From NCBI GenBank assembly GCA_963678215.1, contig OY782758.1:10086-74085 (forward strand): a stretch of 64,000 nucleotides of DNA, given 5' to 3'. Shown in pieces: positions 54,384 to 64,000 of this stretch. This DNA comes from Sedimenticolaceae bacterium. Its GTDB lineage: Bacteria; Pseudomonadota; Gammaproteobacteria; Chromatiales; Chromatiaceae. The notes beneath the pieces were generated by a model. That model was not told the origin of the DNA and did not search any database. It saw only the letters and a list, made by a program, of their open reading frames with translations. Positions within the stretch are counted from its first letter, which is position 1. The number at the start of each line of letters is the position of its first letter. The position numbers were made by a program, and so were the translations under genes.

Positions 54384-55766
54384 ATGACGCAAACCGAGCG
54401 TCGCACTGCGCTTGGACTTGCCGGCGTTTATGGTTCCCGCATGTTGGGTTTGTTTCTTATTCTGCCGGTTTTTGCATTATTTGCTGAAGATATGCCAGGG
54501 GCTACGCCTTTGTTGGCTGGCCTTGCGGTCGGTATTTATGGCCTGACTCAGGCGTTGTTGCAAATTCCTTTTGGTCTGTTGTCTGATCGAATCGGACGCA
54601 AGCCTGTGATTTTCGCTGGATTAGTGTTGTTTATATTGGGCAGCGTGGTTGCTGCGCTTGCCGACGATATTGTGTGGATAATTATTGGCCGTGCTTTACA
54701 GGGTAGCGGTGCCATAGCAGCGGCTTTAATGGCGCTTGCCGCAGATTTGACCCGTGAAGAGCAGCGCACCAAAATCATGGCCACGATCGGCATGACGATT
54801 GGTGCTTCATTCATGTTGGCGATGATAGCTGGCCCCTTGCTAAGCGCCTGGGTCGGGGTGCAAGGGATCTTTTGGTTGACTGGGTTATTGGCGCTGTTGG
54901 GGATTGCGACCATTGGTTTGGTAGTGCCGACGCCTGTGGTCAGTAAAGTACATCGAGACGCTGAACCTGTGCCAGTGATGTTCCGTCGGGTATTGGCCCA
55001 AACCGATTTATTGCGTTTGGATTACGGTATTTTTTCTTTGCATCTGATATTGACGGCATTATTTTTAGGCGTGCCGCTGGCGTTGCGTGACAGTGGGTTG
55101 GCCGCTGTTGATCATACCTGGGTATATCTGCCTTTAATGCTGCTTTCGATTGTCGGCATGGTGCCGTTGGTGATTCTGGCGGAAAAACGTCGCCAAATGA
55201 AAACGGTTTTTCTTGGTGCGGTCGCCATGTTGGGGCTGGCGCAAGTTTTCTTATGGCGAACATTCGATCTTCATTTAGGGCTTTTGCTGCTGGGTATTGG
55301 CGTGTTTTTCACAGCATTTAATTTGCTGGAAGCGCTGTTACCGTCGTTAGTGTCAAAAACAGCACCTGCCGATGCCAAAGGCACGGCGATGGGAGTTTAT
55401 TCAACTTCGCAATTCGCTGGGGCATTTGTCGGTGGCGTGCTTGGCGGCTGGGTCCATCAATACTATGGTTTATCCGCGATATTTCTACTAGGCGCTGCGG
55501 TTAGCCTGATTTGGTTTGTGCTGGCCTGGGGCATGCGTAAGCCAGGCCGACATACCAGCCGTATGTTGCGATGCGATATTATTAGTCAACAGCAGGCTGA
55601 AAGCCTTGCTTATGAATTGCGCCAACGAAAAGGTGTTCTTGAAGCGGTGGTCGTTGGTGAAGAAGGTCTGGCTTATCTTAAGATTGATCAAGACCAATTT
55701 GATCCAGCGAATTGGATTCCGTTCACGGAAGAATGCCTTTTGAAAGTCAGAGCAGGGAATGTTTAA
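54384..55766 (+). CDS. MFS transporter with an extra cytoplasmic C-terminal domain
   Basis: ATG at 54384, after the terminator. MFS motif GLLSDRIGRKPVI and 12 predicted hydrophobic helices. The ~80-aa soluble tail (RMLRCDIISQQQAESLAYELRQRKGVLEAVVVGEEGLAYLKID) is unassigned. Confidence 0.75.
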   Translation: MTQTERRTALGLAGVYGSRMLGLFLILPVFALFAEDMPGATPLLAGLAVGIYGLTQALLQIPFGLLSDRIGRKPVIFAGLVLFILGSVVAALADDIVWIIIGRALQGSGAIAAALMALAADLTREEQRTKIMATIGMTIGASFMLAMIAGPLLSAWVGVQGIFWLTGLLALLGIATIGLVVPTPVVSKVHRDAEPVPVMFRRVLAQTDLLRLDYGIFSLHLILTALFLGVPLALRDSGLAAVDHTWVYLPLMLLSIVGMVPLVILAEKRRQMKTVFLGAVAMLGLAQVFLWRTFDLHLGLLLLGIGVFFTAFNLLEALLPSLVSKTAPADAKGTAMGVYSTSQFAGAFVGGVLGGWVHQYYGLSAIFLLGAAVSLIWFVLAWGMRKPGRHTSRMLRCDIISQQQAESLAYELRQRKGVLEAVVVGEEGLAYLKIDQDQFDPANWIPFTEECLLKVRAGNV

Positions 55767-56069
55767 CCGGATATTCTTTCAATTGAAGTTGGGTTACCGG
55801 CTGTTTGTGGGGAGAGCGTAGAATTGATGGGGTTTCCTGGAGAACAGCCTGAACCGTTCTTACCCATGGGGCATGCCCATTCTCGCTTCGCAAGATTTGA
55901 AATTTCCGTTTTTGTCGGCATTCCGCCAGACTTTTAAGCAATCTTCGGCGAGTTGATGCAGGACGCAATGTACAAAGTGGTTGGCTGGAATGTGGGTCTC
56001 AGAAGGAGTGACTGGATGCAGGTTATGGTGCATCAGGATTGCGCCCATAACCTGCTGACCACTGCTTTG

Positions 56070-56675
56070 TTATTGCAGGCCTTGGATGTATTCCGAAACC
56101 GCTTTCATTTCAGCATCGCTCATTTTTCTTGCGATTACACGCATCATGGAGCCGGCATCGTTGGCTCGCGTGCCTTTAGCAAATTGCTGTAGTTGGGATG
56201 CTGTGTAGGTGGCGTGTTGTCCGCTCAATTGGGGGAAGTTGGCCTGAGGGTTGCCTGCTCCGGTTGGAGAGTGGCAAGCCGCGCAAGCGGAGACGCCCGT
56301 CGTGGCGTTGCCGCTACGGTAGATCATTTGTCCAAGTGCCAATTGATCTTCCGCCGTGGTTCCTTTGGAACCCGTTTGACTGGCGTAATAGGCTGCTAAG
56401 TCGCGCATGTCTTTTTTGCTGAGAGCGGCGACCATGCCTACCATTGTCGGATCAACGCGTTTTCCGGTTTTGAAGTCCATCAACTGCTTATACAGATAAC
56501 CTTCGTGCTGTCCGGCGATCTTAGGAAAGTTGGGTGCGGCACTGTTGCCGTCCATACCATGACAGGCGACGCATGTGGCGGATATTGCTTTGCCGGCTGC
56601 AGCATCGCCTGCAGCGTATAGCGGAGCTGATAAAACCAGCGCAGAGAAGGATAAGGTTAATAGGATTTTTTTCAT
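56070..56675 (-). CDS. Cytochrome c4 (dihaem)
   Basis: 201 aa with a signal peptide and two CxxCH motifs (CVACHG, CAACHS), each followed by a distal Met region. Confidence 0.85.
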   Translation of the reverse strand: MKKILLTLSFSALVLSAPLYAAGDAAAGKAISATCVACHGMDGNSAAPNFPKIAGQHEGYLYKQLMDFKTGKRVDPTMVGMVAALSKKDMRDLAAYYASQTGSKGTTAEDQLALGQMIYRSGNATTGVSACAACHSPTGAGNPQANFPQLSGQHATYTASQLQQFAKGTRANDAGSMMRVIARKMSDAEMKAVSEYIQGLQ

Positions 56676-56978
56676 AAGCGTTCCCCGACGGTGCTGAAAT
56701 CCGGTGATAGTAAATCGCGCTGGATTATAAGTAAACTCTGATTGAATAGCGCGTAAAAATACCTAATGCTTTCATTGAAATGGTATTGCAACCTGTTTTG
56801 TAGGTATTTTCCGGGAGTAGCGCAACTTGTCGTTGGTGGATAAAAGGGTTTCTGGATAGTGTGTCTAGCGGACAATTGGGAGTTCTGATCATAGCCCCTG
56901 AAATTGGATAAGGCGCTCATGCTGGCGTTTATCGGGTTAGGGACTGTTGATTGGCGCATCATCAACAGGCTTATTCAG

Positions 56979-57293
56979 TCATTTCAGGGTGGCGATATAA
57001 GCCGCAATGTTATTGATATCCATATCGGTCAGGCCTGCCGTCATAGCTCTCATGGTGACGTTATTGCGTTCACCGGATTTGTATCCGCGCAGCTTGCCAG
57101 CAATATCCACAGCACTTTGTCCAGCCAGTTTTGGGTAGCCCAGCATGGGGTTGCCCAAGCCAGTTGGTCCATGGCAACCGCCGCAAACAGCATATTTCGC
57201 TTTACCGGCCGCTGCATCACCTGCTAGCGCAACGCTTGATAGGGTTGTGAATAAGCTGACGATAGCGATGGCGATTAATTTTTTTTTCATCAT
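56979..57293 (-). CDS. Monohaem class I c-type cytochrome (c5/c552-like)
   Basis: 104 aa with a signal peptide, a single CGGCHG motif and a downstream Met (MRAM). Confidence 0.8.
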   Translation of the reverse strand: MMKKKLIAIAIVSLFTTLSSVALAGDAAAGKAKYAVCGGCHGPTGLGNPMLGYPKLAGQSAVDIAGKLRGYKSGERNNVTMRAMTAGLTDMDINNIAAYIATLK

Positions 57294-57635
57294 TGAGTGT
57301 CTCCATTGGAACTGGCATGAAATACCCGCGATCGGGCTAAAGGCGCGAGTGTGGTTTTTGGGAAAATGGCAAAATTGTTGGAAAAAATCGGTGTGGTCGA
57401 ATTGTTTTGATTCATGAATGGGCTTGGCTGGTTGCTAATCGATAACAGCGGCAAACTCTGATGCCAATCAATATCGTGACTTTAATCACTTCCCGGGTTG
57501 ATATTTATTTTATGCCTAACTTTAACTGAACGCCGCCTGCTTGCGCCAGCATGAGATACCGGATATTTCAAGTGTTATTTACCGGTTCTCGATAATGTCG
57601 TGATGAGAGCGAGTGCCGCCGCTTGACGATACTAC

Positions 57636-58526
57636 CTAACGGGTGCGTAATTTTTGTCCCTGACTAAAGCGCCAAGTACGGGTGATATCCAGCACATCAA
57701 CCTGTTCCCGCAGATTTGGCGGGAAGGCCGCGAAGGGTGCAGCCAGTCGTACAATGCGTATGGCCGCGTCATCCAATATTTTGTGTTTGGAAGTGCGTAC
57801 TAACCGAACGTTTTGTAAAGAACCATCAGCGCGAATGGCGACATGCAGTAATAGATCGCCATACAACTTTTTACGTCGCGCCTCATCCGGGTAATGCAAA
57901 TTGCCGATCCGTTCAATTTTTTTACGCCAGGCATCCAGATAATTGGCATACAGGTATTCCTGCGTACTGGCGTTAATCGCCTTACGCCGTGGTTGTCTGG
58001 CGGCGGGCAGGTTACGATTATCCAGTTCAGCGGTTAATTGGTCGATTTCTTTTTGCGTACTGGCGAAAATTTGCGCCCAATCATCTTGTTGTCGCGCTGT
58101 GACGTCAGTTTCGGTGTTGACCATTTGGTATTGCGCGGATTGGTATTGCGTGATTACCGTCGGTTGTTTTTTGGGTTGTGGCTGACTTACTCCACTCGGT
58201 TTTAATTCAGGCGCGATTTGTGGTTTGGGCGTGGCTGACAAGTTGCCTAACGGGCTGCTTGGACGTGACTTATTGACTTCATCGCCACCGCCTTGCTGAG
58301 TGATTTGAGCGAGAAAATCCGGGTTGTCATTTTTTTGCGTCGATTGAACGTTTGGGGCAAGCGTGATATCCAGCGTACGTTCAGGAATTGGTGTGTTTTT
58401 AGGATCAATATCAAAGCTGATGGCCAAAATGAGGAAGGCATGCAAGCCAAATGCCACCAACAGCGTGGTTATGATGGCATCATGAGTGTGCAGTGGAGAA
58501 GGCGCTGACATAGGGTTTTGATTCAT
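57636..58526 (-). CDS. TonB-family energy transducer
   Basis: 296 aa. N-terminal TM helix IITTLLVAFGLHAFLILAI, a Pro/Gln-rich linker, and a TonB_C-like end YPDEARRKKLYGDLLLHVAIRADGSLQNVRLVRTSKHKILDDAAIRIV. Confidence 0.75.
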   Translation of the reverse strand: MNQNPMSAPSPLHTHDAIITTLLVAFGLHAFLILAISFDIDPKNTPIPERTLDITLAPNVQSTQKNDNPDFLAQITQQGGGDEVNKSRPSSPLGNLSATPKPQIAPELKPSGVSQPQPKKQPTVITQYQSAQYQMVNTETDVTARQQDDWAQIFASTQKEIDQLTAELDNRNLPAARQPRRKAINASTQEYLYANYLDAWRKKIERIGNLHYPDEARRKKLYGDLLLHVAIRADGSLQNVRLVRTSKHKILDDAAIRIVRLAAPFAAFPPNLREQVDVLDITRTWRFSQGQKLRTR

Positions 58527-58576
58527 GATCTGACGGAACCGCCTGTGAAGTCATTCTGTTTTTTCGGAGCCATGGT

Positions 58577-59572
58577 ATGGATATTGATCAACTCAAACAA
58601 CATTTGCGTAACGCCAATATGCCGGTTTGGGCGGATTGCGTCGAAAAGCAGGTAGCACAATGTCTGGTCGATAAACCGCACGGCGATTTATCCCGTTGGC
58701 GCGCCGTGGTTGAAGCGTTGCCGCGCTTGCCTTATGCAGAGCGCCGGATTGACCAGGATTTGATTCAGGTCGGGTTGGATGCTGACATCACGCCAGAACA
58801 ACGCCAACATTTAATGCAATTACTACAGCAGCTTCGACCCTGGCGTAAAGGGCCTTATCGGTTGCATGGCGTGATGGTTGATACAGAATGGCGCTCTGAT
58901 TGGAAATGGGAGCGGATCGCGCCTCACATTGATGTATTGCAGGGACGTACGGTCTTGGATGTCGGCTGCGGTAATGGCTACCACTGCTGGCGTATGGCGG
59001 GCGCAGGCGCTGAACTGGTGATTGGCATTGATCCAATGGCCTTTTTTTATATGCAATTTCAAACGGTGCGCCACTTACTGACCGCTGGCGACCAGACTGA
59101 TTTACTGGCGCAAAAAGTCTGGCATTTGCCGATTGGCGTACAGGACTTGCCAGCCGGGTTACGCGCTTTTGATACAGTGTTCTCAATGGGAGTGTTATAC
59201 CATCGCCGCTCCCCGCTGGATCATCTCATGACTTTATATCATGCGCTCAAGTCAGGTGGGCAATTGGTGCTTGAAACCCTGGTGATTGAAGGTGACGCTC
59301 AGCAGACTCTGATGCCGCAAGGCCGGTACGCCAAAATGCGTAATGTCTGGTTTATTCCGAGTATTCAGGCGTTGGAAAACTGGTTGAGGCGATGCGGTTT
59401 TGTGGATGTGAAAACGGTAGATGTCAACTTAACCTCGACGGAAGAGCAACGCACCACCGAGTGGATGCCTTTTGAATCGCTGGCAGATTTTCTAGATCCT
59501 CAACATCCGAACCTGACAATCGAAGGTTATCCTGCACCACGCAGAGCGATTGTTTTAGCAAGAACACGATAG
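58577..59572 (+). CDS. cmoB: tRNA U34 carboxymethyltransferase
   Basis: 331 aa. PWRKGPY, the SAM motif VLDVGCGNGYH and GVLYHRRSP. Confidence 0.9.
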   Translation: MDIDQLKQHLRNANMPVWADCVEKQVAQCLVDKPHGDLSRWRAVVEALPRLPYAERRIDQDLIQVGLDADITPEQRQHLMQLLQQLRPWRKGPYRLHGVMVDTEWRSDWKWERIAPHIDVLQGRTVLDVGCGNGYHCWRMAGAGAELVIGIDPMAFFYMQFQTVRHLLTAGDQTDLLAQKVWHLPIGVQDLPAGLRAFDTVFSMGVLYHRRSPLDHLMTLYHALKSGGQLVLETLVIEGDAQQTLMPQGRYAKMRNVWFIPSIQALENWLRRCGFVDVKTVDVNLTSTEEQRTTEWMPFESLADFLDPQHPNLTIEGYPAPRRAIVLARTR

Positions 59573-59707
59573 CGTATTAGGGAGACTTTTTAGCGTTGTA
59601 TCCCAGGGTGCCGCCTATCAAGGTGTTCGAGTCAGACATCTGCGCGAACCTCGCCATCCTGACGGAGTGGGCGGATGCCGCTCAGCATGACGTTATGCCT
59701 AGAAAAG

Positions 59708-59998
59708 TCAGAGTGTCTTTTTTAAGTCGCGGTAAAAGTTTTCGTGTGAGCACAACGCCATGAATTCCAATACCACAGAACCTTCTTCATATGAGTAGCC
59801 AAGCAGCATGAGTTGTTTAGCCATTTTAAATTTGTATACCCTTAAAAAGGCTAAATCGCCTTTTTTGGGATGGCCTACTAATGGGTGTTCCATTAAATCC
59901 CTAACAGCACCGTCTAAATCTTGCTTTTGGTTTTTATGCAGCTTCTTTACGGCCTTTTTAAAGGTTGGCGTTTGCAGTATTGTGGTGACTCTAGCCAA
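59708..59998 (-). CDS. RelE/ParE-family toxin-like protein
   Basis: PTFKKAVKKLHKNQKQDLDGAVRDLMEHPLVGHPKKGDLAFLRVYKFKMAKQLMLLGYSY fits the RelE/ParE beta-sheet pattern. The start is uncertain. The TTG at 59996-59998 overlaps the antitoxin stop and gives 96 aa. The track ORF start at 60061 would overlap the antitoxin by 71 nt. Confidence 0.55.
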   Translation of the reverse strand: MARVTTILQTPTFKKAVKKLHKNQKQDLDGAVRDLMEHPLVGHPKKGDLAFLRVYKFKMAKQLMLLGYSYEEGSVVLEFMALCSHENFYRDLKKTL

Positions 59999-60212
59999 AG
60001 CTGTAAGGCTCCAGCTTTCCGGCTTCTTTTTCTGCTTTTGCAATAATCGCTTGTTTAACAAACTTGTAGGGTAAATCTGGGTTGTCTTCCATCATTTCAC
60101 CAATTTTTGCCCAATGCTCAATTTGTTTCGGGGGCGTCCGGTTAAGTGCTTTCGCCATTATGGCGGCTTTATCGACCAGATTTTGGTCAAGCCTTATACT
60201 TGCTGTTGCCAT
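59991..60212 (-). CDS. ParD-like antitoxin
   Basis: ATG at 60210-60212 gives MATASIRLDQNLVDKAAIMAKALNRTPPKQIEHWAKIGEMMEDNPDLPY, matching the ParD-like antitoxin family pattern. Confidence 0.6.
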   Translation of the reverse strand: MATASIRLDQNLVDKAAIMAKALNRTPPKQIEHWAKIGEMMEDNPDLPYKFVKQAIIAKAEKEAGKLEPYSFG

Positions 60213-60434
60213 TTCAATCACCTTGTGTAAACTTGTTTGATATGTGGTAAGTTGCTTCAAATGTAGTATTTTGCGAATAACAAGTCAATTCACTACGCAC
60301 GTTTCGCGTGTCAGACGCTCGTACCTCCGCTGCTTATTGTCGTCCGTTCACTGTGTCCACCTCTGTCATCGTTCGTAAAGGTTACTGGGTAAGCTTGGCG
60401 CCAAGCATCGTGGAAGGGAAAAGGTTTTCCAATA

Positions 60435-61697
60435 TCAACGGATCCATGCGTTGATGGTTTTAATGACATAATCCATCGGCAGTCTTTCCTGCTCCAGCCT
60501 CGTATTAACGTATTTTTTTGATCGCAGGCTTCTCAACAAATCCAATTCGTCTTCAGTCAAAGCGACCGGTTCTTTAGCGACTGAGTCAGGTTCGGCGACC
60601 ATTCGTTCCTGATAGTTTTCAACCGTTCTGGCGTCCATCATTAAAGGTGTGATGGTGCTGAGCTTGCTACGGGCATCACTGAGTATGGCCAGGCCCTCTG
60701 AATCAATATCTCCCCAGTAACCGACACGCTTGGCGGCGAGCCAGGTTGCTGTCATCCATGCGATGTTTTTCCCGCCGCCGGATATGGCGATCGTGTCAGT
60801 CATGTGATTCAGCGCCAGGCATGATTGCTCATTTTCAATGATCAGAATGTTTCTCGCAGGCAGCGCAAACTTGCGTAAGGTTTCCGAAGACAAGCGAAGT
60901 AGGGGGATGCCCCCCAAGGCGGCTTGAGTTTGTTCACATAGCGGTTTAATAAGCAGCCAGTCCTTTGGTTTGCCCTGACAATCCAGCCAATTCAGCAGGC
61001 CCATATCTTTGACCGCCTCATCAATTAATGCGGCGACGATGGATTCAATCATGCGCAAGTGGTTTTCAATGAACTTGGTATCGACAAATGTGACCGGCAG
61101 TGCTCTCAAATAACCGCCATTACCCATGCCTTGCGTTAACTGAGGGATGAGTTTGACCAACAGGCCCAGATCTGAACGATCAAATTTATTCAACGTTTCA
61201 AGGTGGTCAATCAAGGCCGAGAATAAAGCGCTTTTCTTTTGCTGATCGGCAGGTGCCTCACTTTGCCAAAGCGGGGCCAAGGCATTGAGCAGATGCGTTA
61301 TTTTAGATTGCCACGCATTGAGTTCACGCGTTTCATGCTCGCCAAGTAAACCGGCGAAAGCGCCTACGTCAGGCAGCACCAATTTGGTTGGGATCGATTG
61401 TTCAGCGAGCGCGCGGAAACGGCGGTTTTCCCAATATACTTCACCAGCGCGCCGATTTTCATCAGCGGAAAATGCTTTCCATGAGGACACAAATATTTGG
61501 AAATGGCGAATATCAACGAGCGCCGCATTCCCCCTTGGCGGTTTCAATGAAATGTGCAATGGAAAGGCGGATTCGTCTTTGAGCAGGCGTTTCAGCTTGC
61601 CTGGCTGACGCCATTGTTTTCGCTTTGAGGCGATGATGTCTTCTGGTAGCAGTCCCCAGGGTGGTTTGTTGGACGTTGCGTTATGTTCAGGCGTCAT
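60435..61697 (-). CDS. jetD: Wadjet system protein JetD (DUF3322 + Toprim-like DUF2220)
   Basis: 420 aa. The C-terminal ILIIENEQSCLAL...AISGGGKNIAWM...VGYWGDIDSEGLAIL is the Toprim-type E...DxD arrangement typical of JetD/MksG. It overlaps the upstream SMC-like gene by 11 nt. Confidence 0.75.
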   Translation of the reverse strand: MTPEHNATSNKPPWGLLPEDIIASKRKQWRQPGKLKRLLKDESAFPLHISLKPPRGNAALVDIRHFQIFVSSWKAFSADENRRAGEVYWENRRFRALAEQSIPTKLVLPDVGAFAGLLGEHETRELNAWQSKITHLLNALAPLWQSEAPADQQKKSALFSALIDHLETLNKFDRSDLGLLVKLIPQLTQGMGNGGYLRALPVTFVDTKFIENHLRMIESIVAALIDEAVKDMGLLNWLDCQGKPKDWLLIKPLCEQTQAALGGIPLLRLSSETLRKFALPARNILIIENEQSCLALNHMTDTIAISGGGKNIAWMTATWLAAKRVGYWGDIDSEGLAILSDARSKLSTITPLMMDARTVENYQERMVAEPDSVAKEPVALTEDELDLLRSLRSKKYVNTRLEQERLPMDYVIKTINAWIR

Positions 61698-64000
61698 TGA
61701 GTGAAAGCGGTTGATGGGTCGCGGATGCTACTTGGCGCAACTCGATCTCATCCGGCAGAGCTGATTGGTGTTGTTCGGCCATGCGTCGATCGATTTCTTC
61801 CCAGGTCACTTCGCATAAATGGCTTTCATGCAACTCAGGATCACGTTCGGCAATCAGCAAGGATCTGGCGGACTCTCTGGCGAGGTTGAGATTTTTATAG
61901 GGCGTAATCAGGTTCACATGGATATGCAAGGCTTTAAACACCCGAAGCACCCGACGGCTCACCGCCTCAGCCGTATTTGAAAAGGCCTCATCCAGAAAAA
62001 CGGTGCAATAAATGGGCTGTTCATAACCCTCAGGCGTCAAGACATAGGCCAGACTGGCGGCGACAATGACGCCGGCGAAAGATTCTTTTTCGCCCCCGGA
62101 TTTGCCGCTGCTGGATTCCAGCACATCTCTGATCTCCAGGGTGTCCGAATCAATTTCTTCAGCGTAAAAGGACATTTGATACCTTGGATCCAATAACCGC
62201 AGGCTTTCCATCGTATGGGACGTACCGGACGCGCTGGCTTTTTCCAACACCTCAACGACTTCGGTGAGCACCTTGAAGCGACCTTCATGATCATCGCTCG
62301 TGGCTTGGCTGAGCGCATTTTTGAGTTTGCGTTCAAAATCCTGCACATGCGGATATTTTTCACGTTTTGAACCGAGCTTCAAATGACTGCCTTGCTTGAA
62401 TTCCGTCCGGTTTAATACCTGATTAATGATTCCGATGCGCTCAAGAATGTCTTCTCGTTCAGATTCCAGATGCGTTTTGATACGGGCCAGGGATTGGGTC
62501 GCATGATTATTCAGACGCTCCTTGAATTGATCAATCAGTTCCGGCAGACCTTCTGTTTCGAGGTACTCATAATGCGCCAGATAATCCTGCAAGCCTTCCA
62601 GGCCGGTTGGCCAATCAGCGGTGATTGGCCGCCATTGATCTTTTCCCCGGAATGAAGCCATAACGCCATTTGCCACATTCTCGTCCTTATTTTTCGAGGC
62701 GCGTACTTTCTCCAACTCCCGGTCCAATGCTTTTTCAAATTCCGCTTGCCGTTGCGCATTATCCAGCGTGACTTCGCCAACGCGCTGCGTGAGCAGGGTT
62801 CGGACATCATCCGTCATGCCGGGCGCGGCCAATGCTTGAGATTTGGTGAATTGTTGATGGGCATTTTCCCGCTCTTTTTCCAGCGCCCCTTGCTGTACCA
62901 GAAGTCGTTCTTTGTTTTTTTGAACGGTTTGCAAATGAGTCTTGGCGGCTTGCCAGTGCTCCAGCGCCAATGCCAGATCGCCGCCTGATGCTTCAAGTCT
63001 GGCCAAATCCGCTTTCACGGCATCCAAACGGTTTCGCCAATAAGGCGCATTAATTTGCTCCCAGGCATAGGCGCTCAGTCTTTCCCACCGTTTGGCTTTT
63101 TCCGCTATGTTGTTAAGGAATTCTCTGGCTTCCATGGCCTTGGCCTGGAGTTCTGAATCGTGAAGTTCAGCCGCTTTTTTGTCGGCATTTAACAGCCCCA
63201 AACGGGATTTATTAGAAAAGCCCAGGCTCCAGCTTCTACGGTCATCAACCCGCTTTTGGTCTTTTTTCTCAAACCGGCCTCGCTCTTTATGCACAAGACC
63301 TTCTTTCGTCATCGAAAAGGGCGTGGCATCCAATTCGTCCGTCCCGGATACACATTGCAAATCAAATTTATTCAGATGATGTTTTAACCAGTCGCGGTAA
63401 GGGTGTGCTTTCCACACCAGCTTGCGCAGAAACCCTTTATCGTTGAACGGCACATAATCTTGATGGGGCTGATGCGAACGGTCATGCTGCATGACGACCT
63501 GAGCGCGCACATGCAAACCGGTGTGCCTGACATTGAGCCAGCGGGTCACCATGGAATAGCTTTTTTGTGGCGTTAACAGCGTGGTTTTCAACCCGCCCAG
63601 CGCGCGTTCAATGGCGCCTTGCCAGGGCTTTTCTTCATCTTTAACGTCCAGCAACTCACCGATAAATGCCAGTTCATCCCCGGATAATCCCAGCGAATCA
63701 ATCATGTCATCCCGAAGTTGCTGGTAGCGGACATCAATGTTTGAATCTGGCCGCGCCTCGATTTCCCGGATTTCGTCCTCAATATTCTTCAGCTTTTGCT
63801 GATGCTGACTTAACTGAGCGGCGGCTTCGGCAAAAGCGTCCTGGCTTTGCTTTTTGTCTTCTTCAATATCAGCGGTTTTTTCAGCCGCGTTCTGCTGGTT
63901 GGTTGAGAATGTGTCTTCATTCAACTCAGCGCTCAATTCCAGGCTTCGACAGTCATCTTGATAGTTTGAGGAAGCTTGAATGACATCATTCAGCTTTTCC
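61687..64000 (-). CDS. jetC: Wadjet system SMC-like ATPase JetC (C-terminal ~770 aa; 5' end outside window)
   Basis: The frame stays open to the window edge, so the track start at 63936 is internal. It has long coiled-coil segments, the signature-like SSSGKSGGEKESFAGVIVAASLAYVL and Walker B TVFLDEAFS. Confidence 0.75.
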   Translation of the reverse strand, partial: EKLNDVIQASSNYQDDCRSLELSAELNEDTFSTNQQNAAEKTADIEEDKKQSQDAFAEAAAQLSQHQQKLKNIEDEIREIEARPDSNIDVRYQQLRDDMIDSLGLSGDELAFIGELLDVKDEEKPWQGAIERALGGLKTTLLTPQKSYSMVTRWLNVRHTGLHVRAQVVMQHDRSHQPHQDYVPFNDKGFLRKLVWKAHPYRDWLKHHLNKFDLQCVSGTDELDATPFSMTKEGLVHKERGRFEKKDQKRVDDRRSWSLGFSNKSRLGLLNADKKAAELHDSELQAKAMEAREFLNNIAEKAKRWERLSAYAWEQINAPYWRNRLDAVKADLARLEASGGDLALALEHWQAAKTHLQTVQKNKERLLVQQGALEKERENAHQQFTKSQALAAPGMTDDVRTLLTQRVGEVTLDNAQRQAEFEKALDRELEKVRASKNKDENVANGVMASFRGKDQWRPITADWPTGLEGLQDYLAHYEYLETEGLPELIDQFKERLNNHATQSLARIKTHLESEREDILERIGIINQVLNRTEFKQGSHLKLGSKREKYPHVQDFERKLKNALSQATSDDHEGRFKVLTEVVEVLEKASASGTSHTMESLRLLDPRYQMSFYAEEIDSDTLEIRDVLESSSGKSGGEKESFAGVIVAASLAYVLTPEGYEQPIYCTVFLDEAFSNTAEAVSRRVLRVFKALHIHVNLITPYKNLNLARESARSLLIAERDPELHESHLCEVTWEEIDRRMAEQHQSALPDEIELRQVASATHQPLSLNDA

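Noticed and set aside
55860-56048. 62-aa His-rich minus-strand ORF just downstream of cytochrome c4
   Set aside because: It has only a weak RBS (AGCAGG) and no recognisable motif, and it overlaps other small ORFs in the same gap. There is not enough support to call a gene.
53075-57632. Shared 13-mer CTTGACGATACTA at about 53075 and 57620
   Set aside because: Exact 13-bp matches are expected many times by chance in 64 kb. There is no common downstream gene class and no proper -10 spacing.

Overview
This is 64 kb of a gammaproteobacterial-type chromosome, about 50% GC judged by eye. It consists of conserved housekeeping blocks interrupted by accessory DNA.

Core genes:
- urtA (partial), amiC-like amidase, comF, bioB-bioF
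- mnmE-yidC-rnpA-rpmH
- rsmE, rimI, rpe-gph
- ald, nagZ, leuB, msrP, argA
- an MFP/RND efflux pair, an MFS transporter, cytochromes c4 and c5-like, tonB-like, cmoB

Main feature (about 26.6-39.2 kb): an AT-rich, unidirectional array of promoterless-looking ORFs. Each ORF or ORF pair is followed by an imperfect palindrome running from RYYYAAC to GTTRRRY.
- I read these palindromes as about 13 integron attC sites, which makes this an integron gene-cassette array.
- No intI integrase is visible, so it is CALIN-like (a cluster of attC sites lacking an integron integrase).
- It is bracketed by IS30-family and IS3-family transposase relics and interrupted by an intact IS4-family element.

Cassette contents:
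- Compact candidate defence or toxin genes: a TIR protein, a 149-aa PD-(D/E)xK nuclease, a TIGR02391/HEPN protein, a DUF4145 protein and a minimal CHAT/caspase-like protein.
- A DUF2778 (Tlde1-like) T6SS effector with a lipoprotein immunity candidate.
- Three toxin-antitoxin-type cassettes at the distal end.

Other accessory items:
- The array abuts a T6SS locus that retains only tssA-tssM-vasL in this window.
- A HEPN/MNT pair is wedged between yidC and mnmE.
- A solitary higBA cassette carries an attC relic at 0.6-1.4 kb.
- A 162-bp MITE lies next to rpmH.
- A ParD/RelE pair sits beside the 3' half of a Wadjet (jetC-jetD) operon that runs off the right edge.

All functional calls come from motif recognition in the supplied translations. 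No database search was run.
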